From a virus (lineage: Duplodnaviria > Caudoviricetes): a stretch of 64,000 nucleotides of DNA. The notes beneath the pieces were generated by a model, which was not told the origin of the DNA, did not search any database, and saw only the letters and a program-made list of their open reading frames with translations. Below are positions 48,199 through 57,983 of the stretch, piece by piece. The translations under genes and the position numbers were made by a program. Within the stretch, counting starts at the first letter, position 1. The number at the start of each line of letters is the position of its first letter. Location of the stretch: positions 192,001 to 256,000 of the IMG/VR virus record IMGVR_UViG_3300010355_000898. One strand, given 5' to 3'.

Positions 48199-50679
48199 AT
48201 GACCAATAAAAAGAACAGAGATTTATTTAAGCGTTTAACAAGACTATTCAAATCAGGTCCAGTAGTAAAGAGAAAAATCAGATCTTATGATACAGTGATT
48301 GCATCGCCTGATCATGAAAAATCGTCAGCAGCGTTGCTTTTTCAGAGATCTTTTTCTCCAACATATTCAAGAATAACAGCCAATGCTTACAATCTTTCTG
48401 AGAGATTGATGAGGTATCAAGACTTTTGTCTCACTGGAGATACATTGGTTGCTGTGTTGAATGATACAGGCTATATGCGTCTTGATGAAATTGTTGATAG
48501 ATGGAATAGTGGTGATAGACACATATACACATATTCATATGATGTGCAAGATAATGTAAGAGTAGTTTCAAAAATTACTGGTGCAAAATACAATGGAAAA
48601 CGTGAAATTTTACACGTTGTTCTTGATGACGGTACGGTGATCAGATCAACTCCTGATCACAGATTTATGTTACGTGATGGGACATATGTTGAAGCAAAGG
48701 ATTTGACAAAAAATTCCAAATTGATGTCTATGAATTTGGAACGTTCAGTAAAAGAAATTCAAAATACTGATGAAATTGAAGATGTTTATGATATTGAAGT
48801 CGCTGACTATTCAAATTTTGCGTTAGTTTCCAATCTTGAAGAACATCCTTATTCAGTGTTTGTTCACAACTGTGAAATGGAACTTTTTCCTGAATTGTCA
48901 TCAGCACTTGATATATTTGCAGATGAAGTTATGGCATGTGATGATAAAGGAAAATCATTACACATATATTCTGACAACGAAAAGATAAAAGAGCTTCTTG
49001 ATGAACTGTTTTATGGTGTACTGAATTTTGAATTCAATGGAAGATTGTGGGCAAGAAATCTTTGCAAATTTGGTGATTTCATTCTGTACAATGATGTGCA
49101 TCCTGAACGTGGAATTGTGAACGCTTTTCCAATCCCAGTGAATGAAATTGAGAGAGAAGAAAACTTTGATAGAGAAGATCCATTTGCAATCAGGTACAGA
49201 TGGGCAGGTGCTGGTAATAGAACACTTGAAAATTGGGAAGTAACACATTTTAGATTGCTTGGTAATGATGCGTTTCTTCCATATGGATCATCAGTGCTTG
49301 ATCCAGCCAGAAGAATTTGGCGTCAATTGATCCTCATTGAGGATGCAATGTTGGTTTACAGAATTGTTAGAGCACCGGAACGTCGTGTATTCTATGTTGA
49401 CGTTGCAAACCTACCTCCAGCTGAAGTACCAATGTACATTGAGGAAATGAAAAAGAACTTGAGATCAAATCAGGTTATTGATCAGGCAACTGGAAGAGTT
49501 GATCTCAGATACAATCCGTTCAGTGTTGATGAAGATTTTTTGATCCCGGTGAGAGGTAATGAATCAGGCACAAAGATTGATACACTTGCTGGTGGACAGA
49601 ACACAGCTGCAGTTGAGGATGTTGCATATATTCAGAAGAAATTGTTTGCAGCATTGAAAATTCCAAAAGCATACCTTTCATATGATGAAGGTGTAAGTTC
49701 AAAAGCAACATTGGCATCTGAGGATATCAGATTTTCAAGAACAATAACATCAATACAAAAGATGATGATTGCTGAACTCAATAAGTTGGCAATTATTCAT
49801 CTGTATGCACATGGATATTCTGGTGAAGATTTGGGAAATTTCAATCTCAAATTGTCAAATCCATCGTCAGTTGCCCAACAGCAAAAACTTGAATTGTGGC
49901 GTTCAAAGTTTGAAATTGCCGGAAATATGCCTGAAGGTATGGGTAGTAAAGAATTCATCTACAGAGAGATCTGGGGATTGGATAGTGATCAGATAAACAA
50001 TATTGCAGATCAGCAATTGAGAGAACGTGTCTATTCAGTACAGCTTGATAATGTGTCAGAACCAGATACAGAAGAATTGTTTGGTAATGCGGGTGGTAAT
50101 ATGGGAGGAGCCGGTTCAGAGGGCGGCGCTGAGGCGGGAGCTGAGGAACTTGAAACTGCAGGTGAAGAACCGGAAGAAGAACAGGATCCTGATTTGGAAT
50201 TGTTGATCTCTGGTGATGAACCAAGCCCTGATGAAAAACCAATTTTTGAAAAGGATGAACCGGTTAAGGTAAATTCTCAAATCAAGAGAACACAATATAA
50301 TCGTTCAAGACAAAGAACACATGGAAGTTCAAAAACACACATCCCAGATTTTGGAAAGATGACATCAGAATTTGATTCAAACTCTGATCCATATGATGAT
50401 GAATACAGAAAATCAATCATAACAAATCCTTTCAAAGAAGGAAGAGATTTTCAATATTTTGTTAAACCAGAATTTCCTGAACATGTCAAATTGGATGAAA
50501 ATTTGAAGTGTGTTCTCAATCATCTTGATCAGAAATTTGGCTTTGGTAAGCGAATGAACAGCACAAAATTGATCAGTGAAGCAGTTGATATACAGGATGA
50601 AATTGATGGCAAAAATTTTGTCATTGACACAAAAAACATAGATTTAACCGGAATATTTGATATTAGAGAAGAGGAATAA
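48199..50679 (+). CDS. Portal protein (T4 gp20-like), intein-containing
   Basis: SALDIFADE, R.LCKFGD, HFRL, PYG.S.L..AR..WRQL.L.EDAMLVYRI.RAPERRVFYVDV, EDF.IP.RG, IDTL.GG, ALKIPK, DIRF.R. Confidence 0.95.
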   Translation: MTNKKNRDLFKRLTRLFKSGPVVKRKIRSYDTVIASPDHEKSSAALLFQRSFSPTYSRITANAYNLSERLMRYQDFCLTGDTLVAVLNDTGYMRLDEIVDRWNSGDRHIYTYSYDVQDNVRVVSKITGAKYNGKREILHVVLDDGTVIRSTPDHRFMLRDGTYVEAKDLTKNSKLMSMNLERSVKEIQNTDEIEDVYDIEVADYSNFALVSNLEEHPYSVFVHNCEMELFPELSSALDIFADEVMACDDKGKSLHIYSDNEKIKELLDELFYGVLNFEFNGRLWARNLCKFGDFILYNDVHPERGIVNAFPIPVNEIEREENFDREDPFAIRYRWAGAGNRTLENWEVTHFRLLGNDAFLPYGSSVLDPARRIWRQLILIEDAMLVYRIVRAPERRVFYVDVANLPPAEVPMYIEEMKKNLRSNQVIDQATGRVDLRYNPFSVDEDFLIPVRGNESGTKIDTLAGGQNTAAVEDVAYIQKKLFAALKIPKAYLSYDEGVSSKATLASEDIRFSRTITSIQKMMIAELNKLAIIHLYAHGYSGEDLGNFNLKLSNPSSVAQQQKLELWRSKFEIAGNMPEGMGSKEFIYREIWGLDSDQINNIADQQLRERVYSVQLDNVSEPDTEELFGNAGGNMGGAGSEGGAEAGAEELETAGEEPEEEQDPDLELLISGDEPSPDEKPIFEKDEPVKVNSQIKRTQYNRSRQRTHGSSKTHIPDFGKMTSEFDSNSDPYDDEYRKSIITNPFKEGRDFQYFVKPEFPEHVKLDENLKCVLNHLDQKFGFGKRMNSTKLISEAVDIQDEIDGKNFVIDTKNIDLTGIFDIREEE
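48427..48870 (+). mobile_element. Mini-intein (148 aa, no endonuclease)
   Basis: YQDF|CLTGDT ... STPDHRF ... VYDIEV...NF ... FVHN|CEME. Confidence 0.93.
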
Positions 50680-50680
50680 A

Positions 50681-51559
50681 ATGTCTGCACACAATAAGAA
50701 AAGAAATGCTGGCTTACTCTATGAATTCCTGATCAAGGAAATTTCAACATCACTTGTTGAAGGAGATAAGAAACGATCAAACACAGCACTCAAAATTTTG
50801 AAAACATATTTCAAACCTGGTACTGAATTGTATAAGGAATTCAGATTGATCAATTCTCTAATAAAGACGCATGTTTCTTCGCAGTCAGTTGTTCAATCAA
50901 TTTTGTCAGAGGCAAAGAGGGCAGCAGAGAAGTATGATTTACAAAAACTTGATCGTGAAAAATCACTTCTTATCAAGACCATCAATCACACTTTTGGCGT
51001 TAACAACACAATTTTTGATCACAATGTGAATGAATATAAAAAGTATGCAACTGTGCAAACATTGATAAATGATTGGCGATCAAATGATCATGACATATTC
51101 AGAATTGCAAAATTTGAGGATCAGCTGACAGGTTGGCTGCTTGAAAATCCTGAGCAATGCACAGATGTTGTGATTGAAAATTCAGAAACGCCTGGGACCA
51201 ATAGATTGGTTATGAAAATTTTGTCAAACAAATTGAATGAAAAGTATGATAAAGTTTTGAATTCATCACAAAAAGATCTGATACGAGTGTATGCAATTGC
51301 AACAACAAATCAGGATGAAGGTCTTATTAGGGAAAAATTGCAACAATCAAGAGAAACATTGTTGTCAGAAATGAAGAATTACATCAGTGAGCAGCGTAGT
51401 ATGAAAGATGGCAGTACATATGTTGCTGATAAACTTGAAAAGTTATCTCAACAAATTGTTGAGGAAAGCATTGATGCCATTGATGATGACACAATCACAA
51501 AGTACTTATCATATATGAAACTCTATGAAGAGATCATTAAACCTGAGGAGAATGTATGA
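50681..51559 (+). CDS. Hypothetical head-module protein
   Basis: HNKKRNAGLLYEFL; sits between portal and protease; GAGGA ribosome-binding site. Confidence 0.7.
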   Translation: MSAHNKKRNAGLLYEFLIKEISTSLVEGDKKRSNTALKILKTYFKPGTELYKEFRLINSLIKTHVSSQSVVQSILSEAKRAAEKYDLQKLDREKSLLIKTINHTFGVNNTIFDHNVNEYKKYATVQTLINDWRSNDHDIFRIAKFEDQLTGWLLENPEQCTDVVIENSETPGTNRLVMKILSNKLNEKYDKVLNSSQKDLIRVYAIATTNQDEGLIREKLQQSRETLLSEMKNYISEQRSMKDGSTYVADKLEKLSQQIVEESIDAIDDDTITKYLSYMKLYEEIIKPEENV

Positions 51560-52158
51560 ATTTGAAACTTTTGAGCACCTATGAACCGGTTGACACAAAT
51601 GGTCAACTGATTAGAGAGAATGTTAATGAGAATGGTGAAGAAAAATTGTTTCTCAAAGGTATTCTTCAGAGAGCAGATACACTCAATCAGAATGGCAGAA
51701 TTTATCCAAAAGAAATTCTTGAGAGAGAAGTTAGAAATTATCAAAAATTCATTGCAGAAAATAGAGCATTGGGTGAGTTAGATCACCCAGATTCAAGTGT
51801 AGTCAATCTCAAAAATGCTTCACACATCATCAGAGAGGCATACATGGAGGGTGATGTTGTGTATGGAACACTTGAAGTTTTAACAAAATTACCATCTGGT
51901 CAAGTGTTGAAAGGTTTAATTGAGCATGGAGTAAAAATTGGTATCAGTTCAAGGGGTGTTGGAACAACAAGAAAACAGGGTGATTATCAAGTTGTTCAGG
52001 ATGATTTTCAATTGATCTGTTGGGACACCGTCTCTGAACCATCAACTCCAGCAGCATTCATGTTGCCAGAGGGCAGACAGTTGTCAGAGAGTGAAATTCA
52101 CAGAGTTCTCAATAAATCTGATAGAATTGACAGAATTTTGAATGATATATTGAAGTGA
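51556..52158 (+). CDS. Prohead core protease (T4 gp21-like)
   Basis: GILQRAD..NQNGRIYP, ALGELDHP, SH, GISSRG.G, WD.VS.PS...A. Confidence 0.95.
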   Translation: MNLKLLSTYEPVDTNGQLIRENVNENGEEKLFLKGILQRADTLNQNGRIYPKEILEREVRNYQKFIAENRALGELDHPDSSVVNLKNASHIIREAYMEGDVVYGTLEVLTKLPSGQVLKGLIEHGVKIGISSRGVGTTRKQGDYQVVQDDFQLICWDTVSEPSTPAAFMLPEGRQLSESEIHRVLNKSDRIDRILNDILK

Positions 52159-52181
52159 TATCACCAATTCATGAATTCATT

Positions 52182-52210
52182 TTGAGCCACGAGAGTGGCT
52201 CAATCTGTTT
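52182..52210 (+). terminator. Intrinsic terminator
   Basis: TTGAGCCAC-GAGA-GTGGCTCAA followed by TCTGTTT. Confidence 0.7.
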
Positions 52211-52240
52211 CAGCTATATTTAATGAAGAAAGAATAGTTC

Positions 52241-52630
52241 ATGTTAAACAATCCAAAACCAGGTTATAATGCTCTCAATGAATATCAGGCATCTGCATTA
52301 CCATGGGTAACCAGTTCATATGGTGCTCAAGGCGTAACATATGGATACAATTTTGACTATGTTACAAAATTTGTTGTGATTAAGAATTTGACTTCAACAT
52401 CTGGTAGCAATTTACGAGTTGGTTTTACAAAAAATGGTGTTGAAAATTCAAACTATTTTCTTGTTGCACCAAGTGATCAGATAGATCTTGAATATCGGGT
52501 TAATGAATTGTATTTGAGAACTGATGGAGCATATTCAGTTCAGTATTCAGTGGCTGCAGGTTTGACTGCAATTGAATCACGATTTGCAGTACCAATCACC
52601 GGATCAAATGGATACAATGGAGTAGGATAA
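52241..52630 (+). CDS. Small beta-rich putative virion protein
   Basis: YQ.S..PWVTSS, VTKF..IKN, LRVGF, NYF; ATATTTA upstream. Confidence 0.65.
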   Translation: MLNNPKPGYNALNEYQASALPWVTSSYGAQGVTYGYNFDYVTKFVVIKNLTSTSGSNLRVGFTKNGVENSNYFLVAPSDQIDLEYRVNELYLRTDGAYSVQYSVAAGLTAIESRFAVPITGSNGYNGVG

Positions 52631-52644
52631 GTTTGAGGTAGAGT

Positions 52645-53061
52645 ATGAAAATCTCAAAACAATTGTTCAAAGAATATGTTAAAGAATGTTTGATTGAAAT
52701 TTTGACTGAAGGATTGTCAAAGACAGAATTGAATGAGAGCATAAAAAAGAATTCTTCTGTTGTGTTTGGTTCTTCTGATAAACCGCGTACACAACAACGT
52801 TCTGTTGATGTTGAAAGTGGCAAAGTGAATGAATTGGTGAAATCTGCAACAAGTGATGCGAAATTTGCATCATTACTTGAGGACACTGCAAGGAATACAT
52901 TGCCTGATATGTTGAAATCAGAACAGAGGAGTGCTCAACAGGTTTATGCAAAAGGGACTGCAGAAGATATAGTTGATCAACATAATCCTGAAGAGCTTTT
53001 TGGTAATGTTGCAAACAATTGGTCAAATTTGGCATTTGCATCGAAGAAATTACCTGGCTGA
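52645..53061 (+). CDS. Hypothetical head-module protein (MKISK.LFKEYVKE leader)
   Basis: GAGG ribosome-binding site; LTE and LNE sites. Confidence 0.7.
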   Translation: MKISKQLFKEYVKECLIEILTEGLSKTELNESIKKNSSVVFGSSDKPRTQQRSVDVESGKVNELVKSATSDAKFASLLEDTARNTLPDMLKSEQRSAQQVYAKGTAEDIVDQHNPEELFGNVANNWSNLAFASKKLPG

Positions 53062-53096
53062 TTGTAATACTTAGTGAATATCTTGGGTGATATAAA

Positions 53097-53348
53097 ATGA
53101 AACTTACAAAAGAACTGTTACAAAAGCTGATCATTGAAGAGAAGGAAAAATTTGGCAAAATCAGGTCAACTGAGGATGTTGCTGAAGAGACTGAAGAGGT
53201 TGATGCAGATGAATATGCTGACACTCTTGAGAAGCATGTTGATTTCATCAAGGCATTAAAAATCAAAGAGAACAGATTGCGTTCACAATTGAGAAGAATT
53301 GGTGAAGCAAAAAAAGTTGTGATAACAAAAATCAAAAAGATGATCTGA
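53097..53348 (+). CDS. Small protein (MKLTKELLQKLIIEE leader)
   Basis: ATACTTA at 53067-53073; N-terminal helix family. Confidence 0.7.
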   Translation: MKLTKELLQKLIIEEKEKFGKIRSTEDVAEETEEVDADEYADTLEKHVDFIKALKIKENRLRSQLRRIGEAKKVVITKIKKMI

Positions 53349-53373
53349 TTGAAGATTTGAAAGAAATTGACAT

Positions 53374-53901
53374 ATGGCAATAACAAAGAAGAAAGCAACA
53401 CCTGGCAGCGGAAAATACGGAAGATACGCTCCAAACAAGACTGATCCAAAATATACACTTTTGGCCAAGTGTTTCTCAAACACACCATATGTTAAGGATG
53501 GTGCTGTACTTGATGAGAACACATATGCGCAACAGGTGATTGACATAGCAACAGCACCATTCAGTAGTGGCAATCCTGGATTATTGCCAAGTGATGGGAT
53601 TTCAGGTGCTGATCCTGATCTGTTTGCCAATGGTCAAGTTGCAACCGGTTATGGTAATGCACCAAATATTGGTGATGTAAAGTGGACAGAACCAGGTGGA
53701 CCAGCAAATTCATATGTACCAGATGTAACGTCACCAGGACCAGGAAAAACAGAAGGTATTGACAAGAATAAGGATCCACAAATCGGATATAATGATATCA
53801 AACCGGCTTATGCAGGACCTGGAACAACAGAGGGCACTGCATTGCCAACTGAAGCTTCAAAAACTATCATCAATGATAGAGGTTTTGCAAAGAGGTCATA
53901 A
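53374..53901 (+). CDS. Pro/Gly-rich hypothetical head-module protein
   Basis: 175 aa ORF between head genes. Confidence 0.7.
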   Translation: MAITKKKATPGSGKYGRYAPNKTDPKYTLLAKCFSNTPYVKDGAVLDENTYAQQVIDIATAPFSSGNPGLLPSDGISGADPDLFANGQVATGYGNAPNIGDVKWTEPGGPANSYVPDVTSPGPGKTEGIDKNKDPQIGYNDIKPAYAGPGTTEGTALPTEASKTIINDRGFAKRS

Positions 53902-53937
53902 AAATCAATTTTTGTCCACTAGTTAAAAAAGGATAAT

Positions 53938-55818
53938 ATGTCAAAGCAATTATACGTTGAAGCATTAGCTGATGTCAAAAAATTGAAGGAAGTTGCAGAA
54001 AATAATGCAAAAAATGCAATTATTGAAGCTGTTACTCCAAGAATTAGAGAATTCATTGAAAATTCTCTTCAAGGAGAAATCGATGATCAAGAGGATGAAA
54101 CTGATGACATAACTCCTCCTGGAATGCCCTCAGTTAATGGAGAAATGTTGACAGATGTTGACAATAATCCAAATGAGAAGAATGATTTGACAGTATCTGG
54201 TGAAGAACAACCACTTGAACAGATGACGGCTCCAACTCCACAATCAGAACAACCATTGATATCATCTCCTGATGAAGAAGGAAAAGTTACTCTTGATCTG
54301 AGCGGTCTTGAGGCTCCTCCTGGTGAAGTTGATGTTGTTGTGCCAAATGTTGAGGATGTTGTTGTTGATGAAATATCTTCAGATGATTCAGAAGAAGAGT
54401 ATGAATTGAGTCTTGAAGCAATATCATTGTTGGCGCCTCTCATTGGAAAGAAGAAGGCTGCCAATGAAAAAATGTTTGAATTGAATGTTTACAGAATTTC
54501 AGAAGCAGTTGATCAGTACAGGACCGCAAGCAAACTTTTGAGAGAAACAAGAACATATCAGGATCAAATTTCAAAGATGATTGCTGCAGTGCAAAATATG
54601 TATGAATACTTGCAGGAAGCTGGTTTTGAACAGTCAAGGAAATCATTCCTTGAAGAAAAACTTGAGAAACTGCATGAGGATGTTAACAATCTCAAGAAAC
54701 AGGGCAAAAACATGAAAAAACTTAATGAAGCAGAAGTTACTCTCAAATTGACCGGCATGCCGGATGACATTGATCTTGAACAGATTGGTGTTGATCTCTT
54801 GACTGGTGAAGAGGAGGAAGGAACTGAAGAGGGTGAACCTGAGGACCTTGATATTGACATCACATCTGATGAGGATGAAGGTGGTGAAGAGGGCCAAGAG
54901 GGTGAAGATCTTGATCTGAACATTGATGCTGACGGTGAAGATGTTAACGTCAAAGAAGAGGGTGAAGATATGGATGATGATCAGGTCATTGAGATTGATG
55001 AATCTGTTCTCAGAAGAGAGCTGATCAGAGCACGTAAACTCTTTGAGAGCGCTGCAAAAGCAAAGAGTGCAAAGGACTTTGGCGGTGGAAAGTCTGATGG
55101 CGATCCACTGAAAGAGGATGAAGAATTTGGCGGTGGAAAATCAGAGGGTGATCCTCTCAAGGAAGCAGATGGTGCTTCAGATGATGAGGGAACTCTGGTT
55201 GCAAATGAATCAGTTTGCGAAGAGGGTGATGAGATGGAAGAGGGTGGTCAAAAGGGTGAAATCAATGATCAACCAGAAAATCGTCAGATTGAGGAAGAAC
55301 TTCAATTTGAGTCAAAATTGCGCTCATCACTTGCAAGGAGAGCTAAACTGATCAGAGAGAGTTCAGTCAGTGGTTCAAGAGTGCGTTACAACAACATTGT
55401 GAAGCGTTTCAATGAATCACTCGCACGTTCAAAAGGATTGCGTGCAAAGATGTTAAAAGAGCACAACTCAAATAGTGGCTCAAGGTCTGAGGAGAGCAGG
55501 ACCAACAGAAGTCTCCAAACAAAATTGGCAGAGACGAATCTCTACAATGCAAAACATCACTTAACAAAGAAGCTGTTTGAAACTCGTGTTGTGACATCTG
55601 CTCAGAAGGCAGCAATTGTCAGAAGAATTGATGCAGCAAAATCTGTTGGTGAGGTTAGGGCTCTAATTGAGAATTTCTCAAAGAGACTTAGTGGTAAGAC
55701 AATCAGTGAGAGTGCTGTCAAAGGCAGCGCATCACAACCCGCAAAGCAATCACAACCAGTCTTGACAGAAGGTGTCGAGGTTGATCGTTGGGGTAAGCTT
55801 GCTGGCATAATCAAGTGA
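53938..55818 (+). CDS. Prohead scaffold/core protein
   Basis: ALAD.KKLKEVA..NAK, long acidic regions, ETNLYNAK, C-terminal RWGKLAGI; immediately upstream of the capsid gene. Confidence 0.8.
   Translation: MSKQLYVEALADVKKLKEVAENNAKNAIIEAVTPRIREFIENSLQGEIDDQEDETDDITPPGMPSVNGEMLTDVDNNPNEKNDLTVSGEEQPLEQMTAPTPQSEQPLISSPDEEGKVTLDLSGLEAPPGEVDVVVPNVEDVVVDEISSDDSEEEYELSLEAISLLAPLIGKKKAANEKMFELNVYRISEAVDQYRTASKLLRETRTYQDQISKMIAAVQNMYEYLQEAGFEQSRKSFLEEKLEKLHEDVNNLKKQGKNMKKLNEAEVTLKLTGMPDDIDLEQIGVDLLTGEEEEGTEEGEPEDLDIDITSDEDEGGEEGQEGEDLDLNIDADGEDVNVKEEGEDMDDDQVIEIDESVLRRELIRARKLFESAAKAKSAKDFGGGKSDGDPLKEDEEFGGGKSEGDPLKEADGASDDEGTLVANESVCEEGDEMEEGGQKGEINDQPENRQIEEELQFESKLRSSLARRAKLIRESSVSGSRVRYNNIVKRFNESLARSKGLRAKMLKEHNSNSGSRSEESRTNRSLQTKLAETNLYNAKHHLTKKLFETRVVTSAQKAAIVRRIDAAKSVGEVRALIENFSKRLSGKTISESAVKGSASQPAKQSQPVLTEGVEVDRWGKLAGIIK
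55078..55164 (+). repeat. In-frame duplication FGGGKS(D/E)GDPLKE x2
   Basis: Copies at 55078-55116 and 55126-55164. Confidence 0.85.
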
Positions 55819-55850
55819 ACAAATACAGAAAGCAAAAGAGAGAGAAATAT

Positions 55851-57737
55851 ATGTCTAAAATGTTTACACTTGATCAGCTCTCAAAGGACGTTAAAGAACG
55901 TAACATTGGTGCTGATCGCGTTAGATTGGTAGAAAAATGGTCAAGATCAGGTCTCCTGAGAGGCCTTGATGGTTACAAGCGTGAGTCAATGGCTCAATTG
56001 CTTGAGAACCAAGCAGCACAGGTTTTGAAGGAAGCTGCTGCAATCTCAACCGGTGGTGGTACAATGACCTCAACCGGTCAACTGCAAGGTTTCACAAACG
56101 TTGCATTCCCAATAGTTCGTAGGGTTTTCGGTGGTCTCGTTGCAAATGAGCTGGTTTCAGTTCAGCCAATGACACTCCCATCTGGCCTTGTGTTCTATCT
56201 CGATTACACATATGGAAGTTATGTCGGTGGTGACAGCGATGCAACAAACAATGTGTATGCAAAGGGTCAGTCATTGTACAGCAACCCAGCTGGTAGAGGT
56301 ATCCAATCAGGATCTCTTGCAGCAGGTGGTATGTATGATATCGCTGGTGATGGATACTCAAGAGTTCATGCTGTGTCAGCAACCATCGCAACTGCATCAA
56401 TTGGTGCATGGACCGGTGCTTCTGAAGCCTGGACAGTTGGTGGCATCGTTGCTTCACAAACTGATTTTACAGGTACAAACGCAAGAATGCTTCAATTTGA
56501 TCCACAAGTTGAGGTTGACATTGCAAACAATGTTCTTGACGTTCAATTCCTCCATGTCGCTGTCAGTGATTTGACAACTGGCATTGCAAAGGGTGACTTC
56601 CTCGCAATTGATCAGATTGCTTACTTTGGTCCAACGACCGGGAGCGTCGGCTCCGACGTCTGGGGTTCAACCTATCAGGGCGGTTCTGGCATCCTGAATC
56701 TCAGGAGACTGAACAAGCGTGGTACGTTCTCTGGTGGTGTGTTTACCGCTGATCCACTCAATGGTACATACATTCAGATGGTACTCAGGTTGACAAACGC
56801 TGCAACAACAGCAATCATCACCGGTGCTCAGGCTTCAAACTTGAAGTTCTCTGCTCCTGTCCAAGACAACCTCGCAGTTGACAGCAGCTCTGGCGGTACT
56901 CTCACGGTTCCAAGTTTTGAAAGCGATTTTGGTTCTTCACCAACGCCTGCAATTCCTGAAATCGATATCAAGATTGAGAGCATTGCAATCACTGCAACAA
57001 GCCGTAAGCTCAGGGCTCGTTGGTCCCCTGAATTGGCACAAGATCTCAATGCGTACCACTCAATTGACGCAGAGGTTGAGTTGACATCAATCCTTTCAGA
57101 GCAGATTGCTCTTGAGATTGATCGTGAAATTCTTGGTGATCTTCTCACACAAGCAAATGGCGCAATCATGTACTGGAGCAGAGCTCCTGGCAGGTTCGTC
57201 AACAAGTTGACCGGTGCTCCTGTTCAGTTGGCAAACAGCCTTTCAATCGGACCACAATTCACTGGTACAGTCCGTGAATGGTATGAGACACTGATTGAGA
57301 CAATCATCGATGTTGCAAATACAATTCACAGGAAGACCCTCCGCGGTGCAGCAAACTTCATGGTAACTGGCCCAGATGTTTGCACAATCCTTGAGAGCAG
57401 CGTGTTGTATAAGCCAAAGTTCTCAATTGATAGCGAAGGTCAGGTTGGCAGCCCATTCACCATTGGTGCAGAGGCTGTTGGTACGGTGAGCAACAGGTTC
57501 ACAGTTTACAAGGACCCATACTTCCCAAGAAACAAGATTCTTGTTGGATATAAAGGTGGATCATATTTGGAAACGGGATTTGTATATTCCCCATACGTTC
57601 CGCTGATAGTCACACCAACAATTTTCGCACCTGAAGATTTTACGCCAAGGCGTGGAGTGATGACAAGGTACGGAAAGAAGATGATTCGATCTGACTTCTA
57701 TGGTGTTGTGAATGTCCTTGACATGAACATCATCTAA
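55851..57737 (+). CDS. Major capsid protein (T4 gp23-like) with a large insertion
   Basis: KW..SGLL.GL, LLENQ, FPIVRRVF..L.A.ELVSVQPM..PSGL.FY, RKLRA.WS.ELAQDL.A.H..DAE.EL, EIDREI, GYKG, Y.PY.PL, TRYG. Confidence 0.97.
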   Translation: MSKMFTLDQLSKDVKERNIGADRVRLVEKWSRSGLLRGLDGYKRESMAQLLENQAAQVLKEAAAISTGGGTMTSTGQLQGFTNVAFPIVRRVFGGLVANELVSVQPMTLPSGLVFYLDYTYGSYVGGDSDATNNVYAKGQSLYSNPAGRGIQSGSLAAGGMYDIAGDGYSRVHAVSATIATASIGAWTGASEAWTVGGIVASQTDFTGTNARMLQFDPQVEVDIANNVLDVQFLHVAVSDLTTGIAKGDFLAIDQIAYFGPTTGSVGSDVWGSTYQGGSGILNLRRLNKRGTFSGGVFTADPLNGTYIQMVLRLTNAATTAIITGAQASNLKFSAPVQDNLAVDSSSGGTLTVPSFESDFGSSPTPAIPEIDIKIESIAITATSRKLRARWSPELAQDLNAYHSIDAEVELTSILSEQIALEIDREILGDLLTQANGAIMYWSRAPGRFVNKLTGAPVQLANSLSIGPQFTGTVREWYETLIETIIDVANTIHRKTLRGAANFMVTGPDVCTILESSVLYKPKFSIDSEGQVGSPFTIGAEAVGTVSNRFTVYKDPYFPRNKILVGYKGGSYLETGFVYSPYVPLIVTPTIFAPEDFTPRRGVMTRYGKKMIRSDFYGVVNVLDMNII

Positions 57738-57763
57738 GGTTAAAATAAGGTCAAAATAACTTT

Positions 57764-57793
57764 GGGCCTCCTTTTGGGAGGCCCTTTGTTTTT
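57764..57793 (+). terminator. Intrinsic terminator after the capsid gene
   Basis: GGGCCTCC-TTTTG-GGAGGCCC followed by TTTGTTTTT. Confidence 0.9.
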
Positions 57794-57983
57794 CTGCAAA
57801 GTGCATCATGAACCATCAAAGGGTAAATGACTTTTTCATAAATGACTTTCACAAAGTCATCATCTCTGTTCTCAAGGGAACAATAGGGTGAATGACTACC
57901 ACACAAGGGGTGAATGACAATTACATACTTAATTGTGTACAGTGGTCAATTGTGTTGTACAATAAAACTATGAAAGTTGTTTT

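Noticed and set aside
50090-50170. GC-rich patch in the portal gene
   Set aside because: Explained by a Gly/Ala/Glu low-complexity linker.
52679-53488. Long antisense ORFs (this one, 60658-61287, 21268-21771, 200-658 and similar)
   Set aside because: Shadows of well-supported genes on the other strand; scarcity of TTA/CTA on the coding strand lengthens antisense frames.
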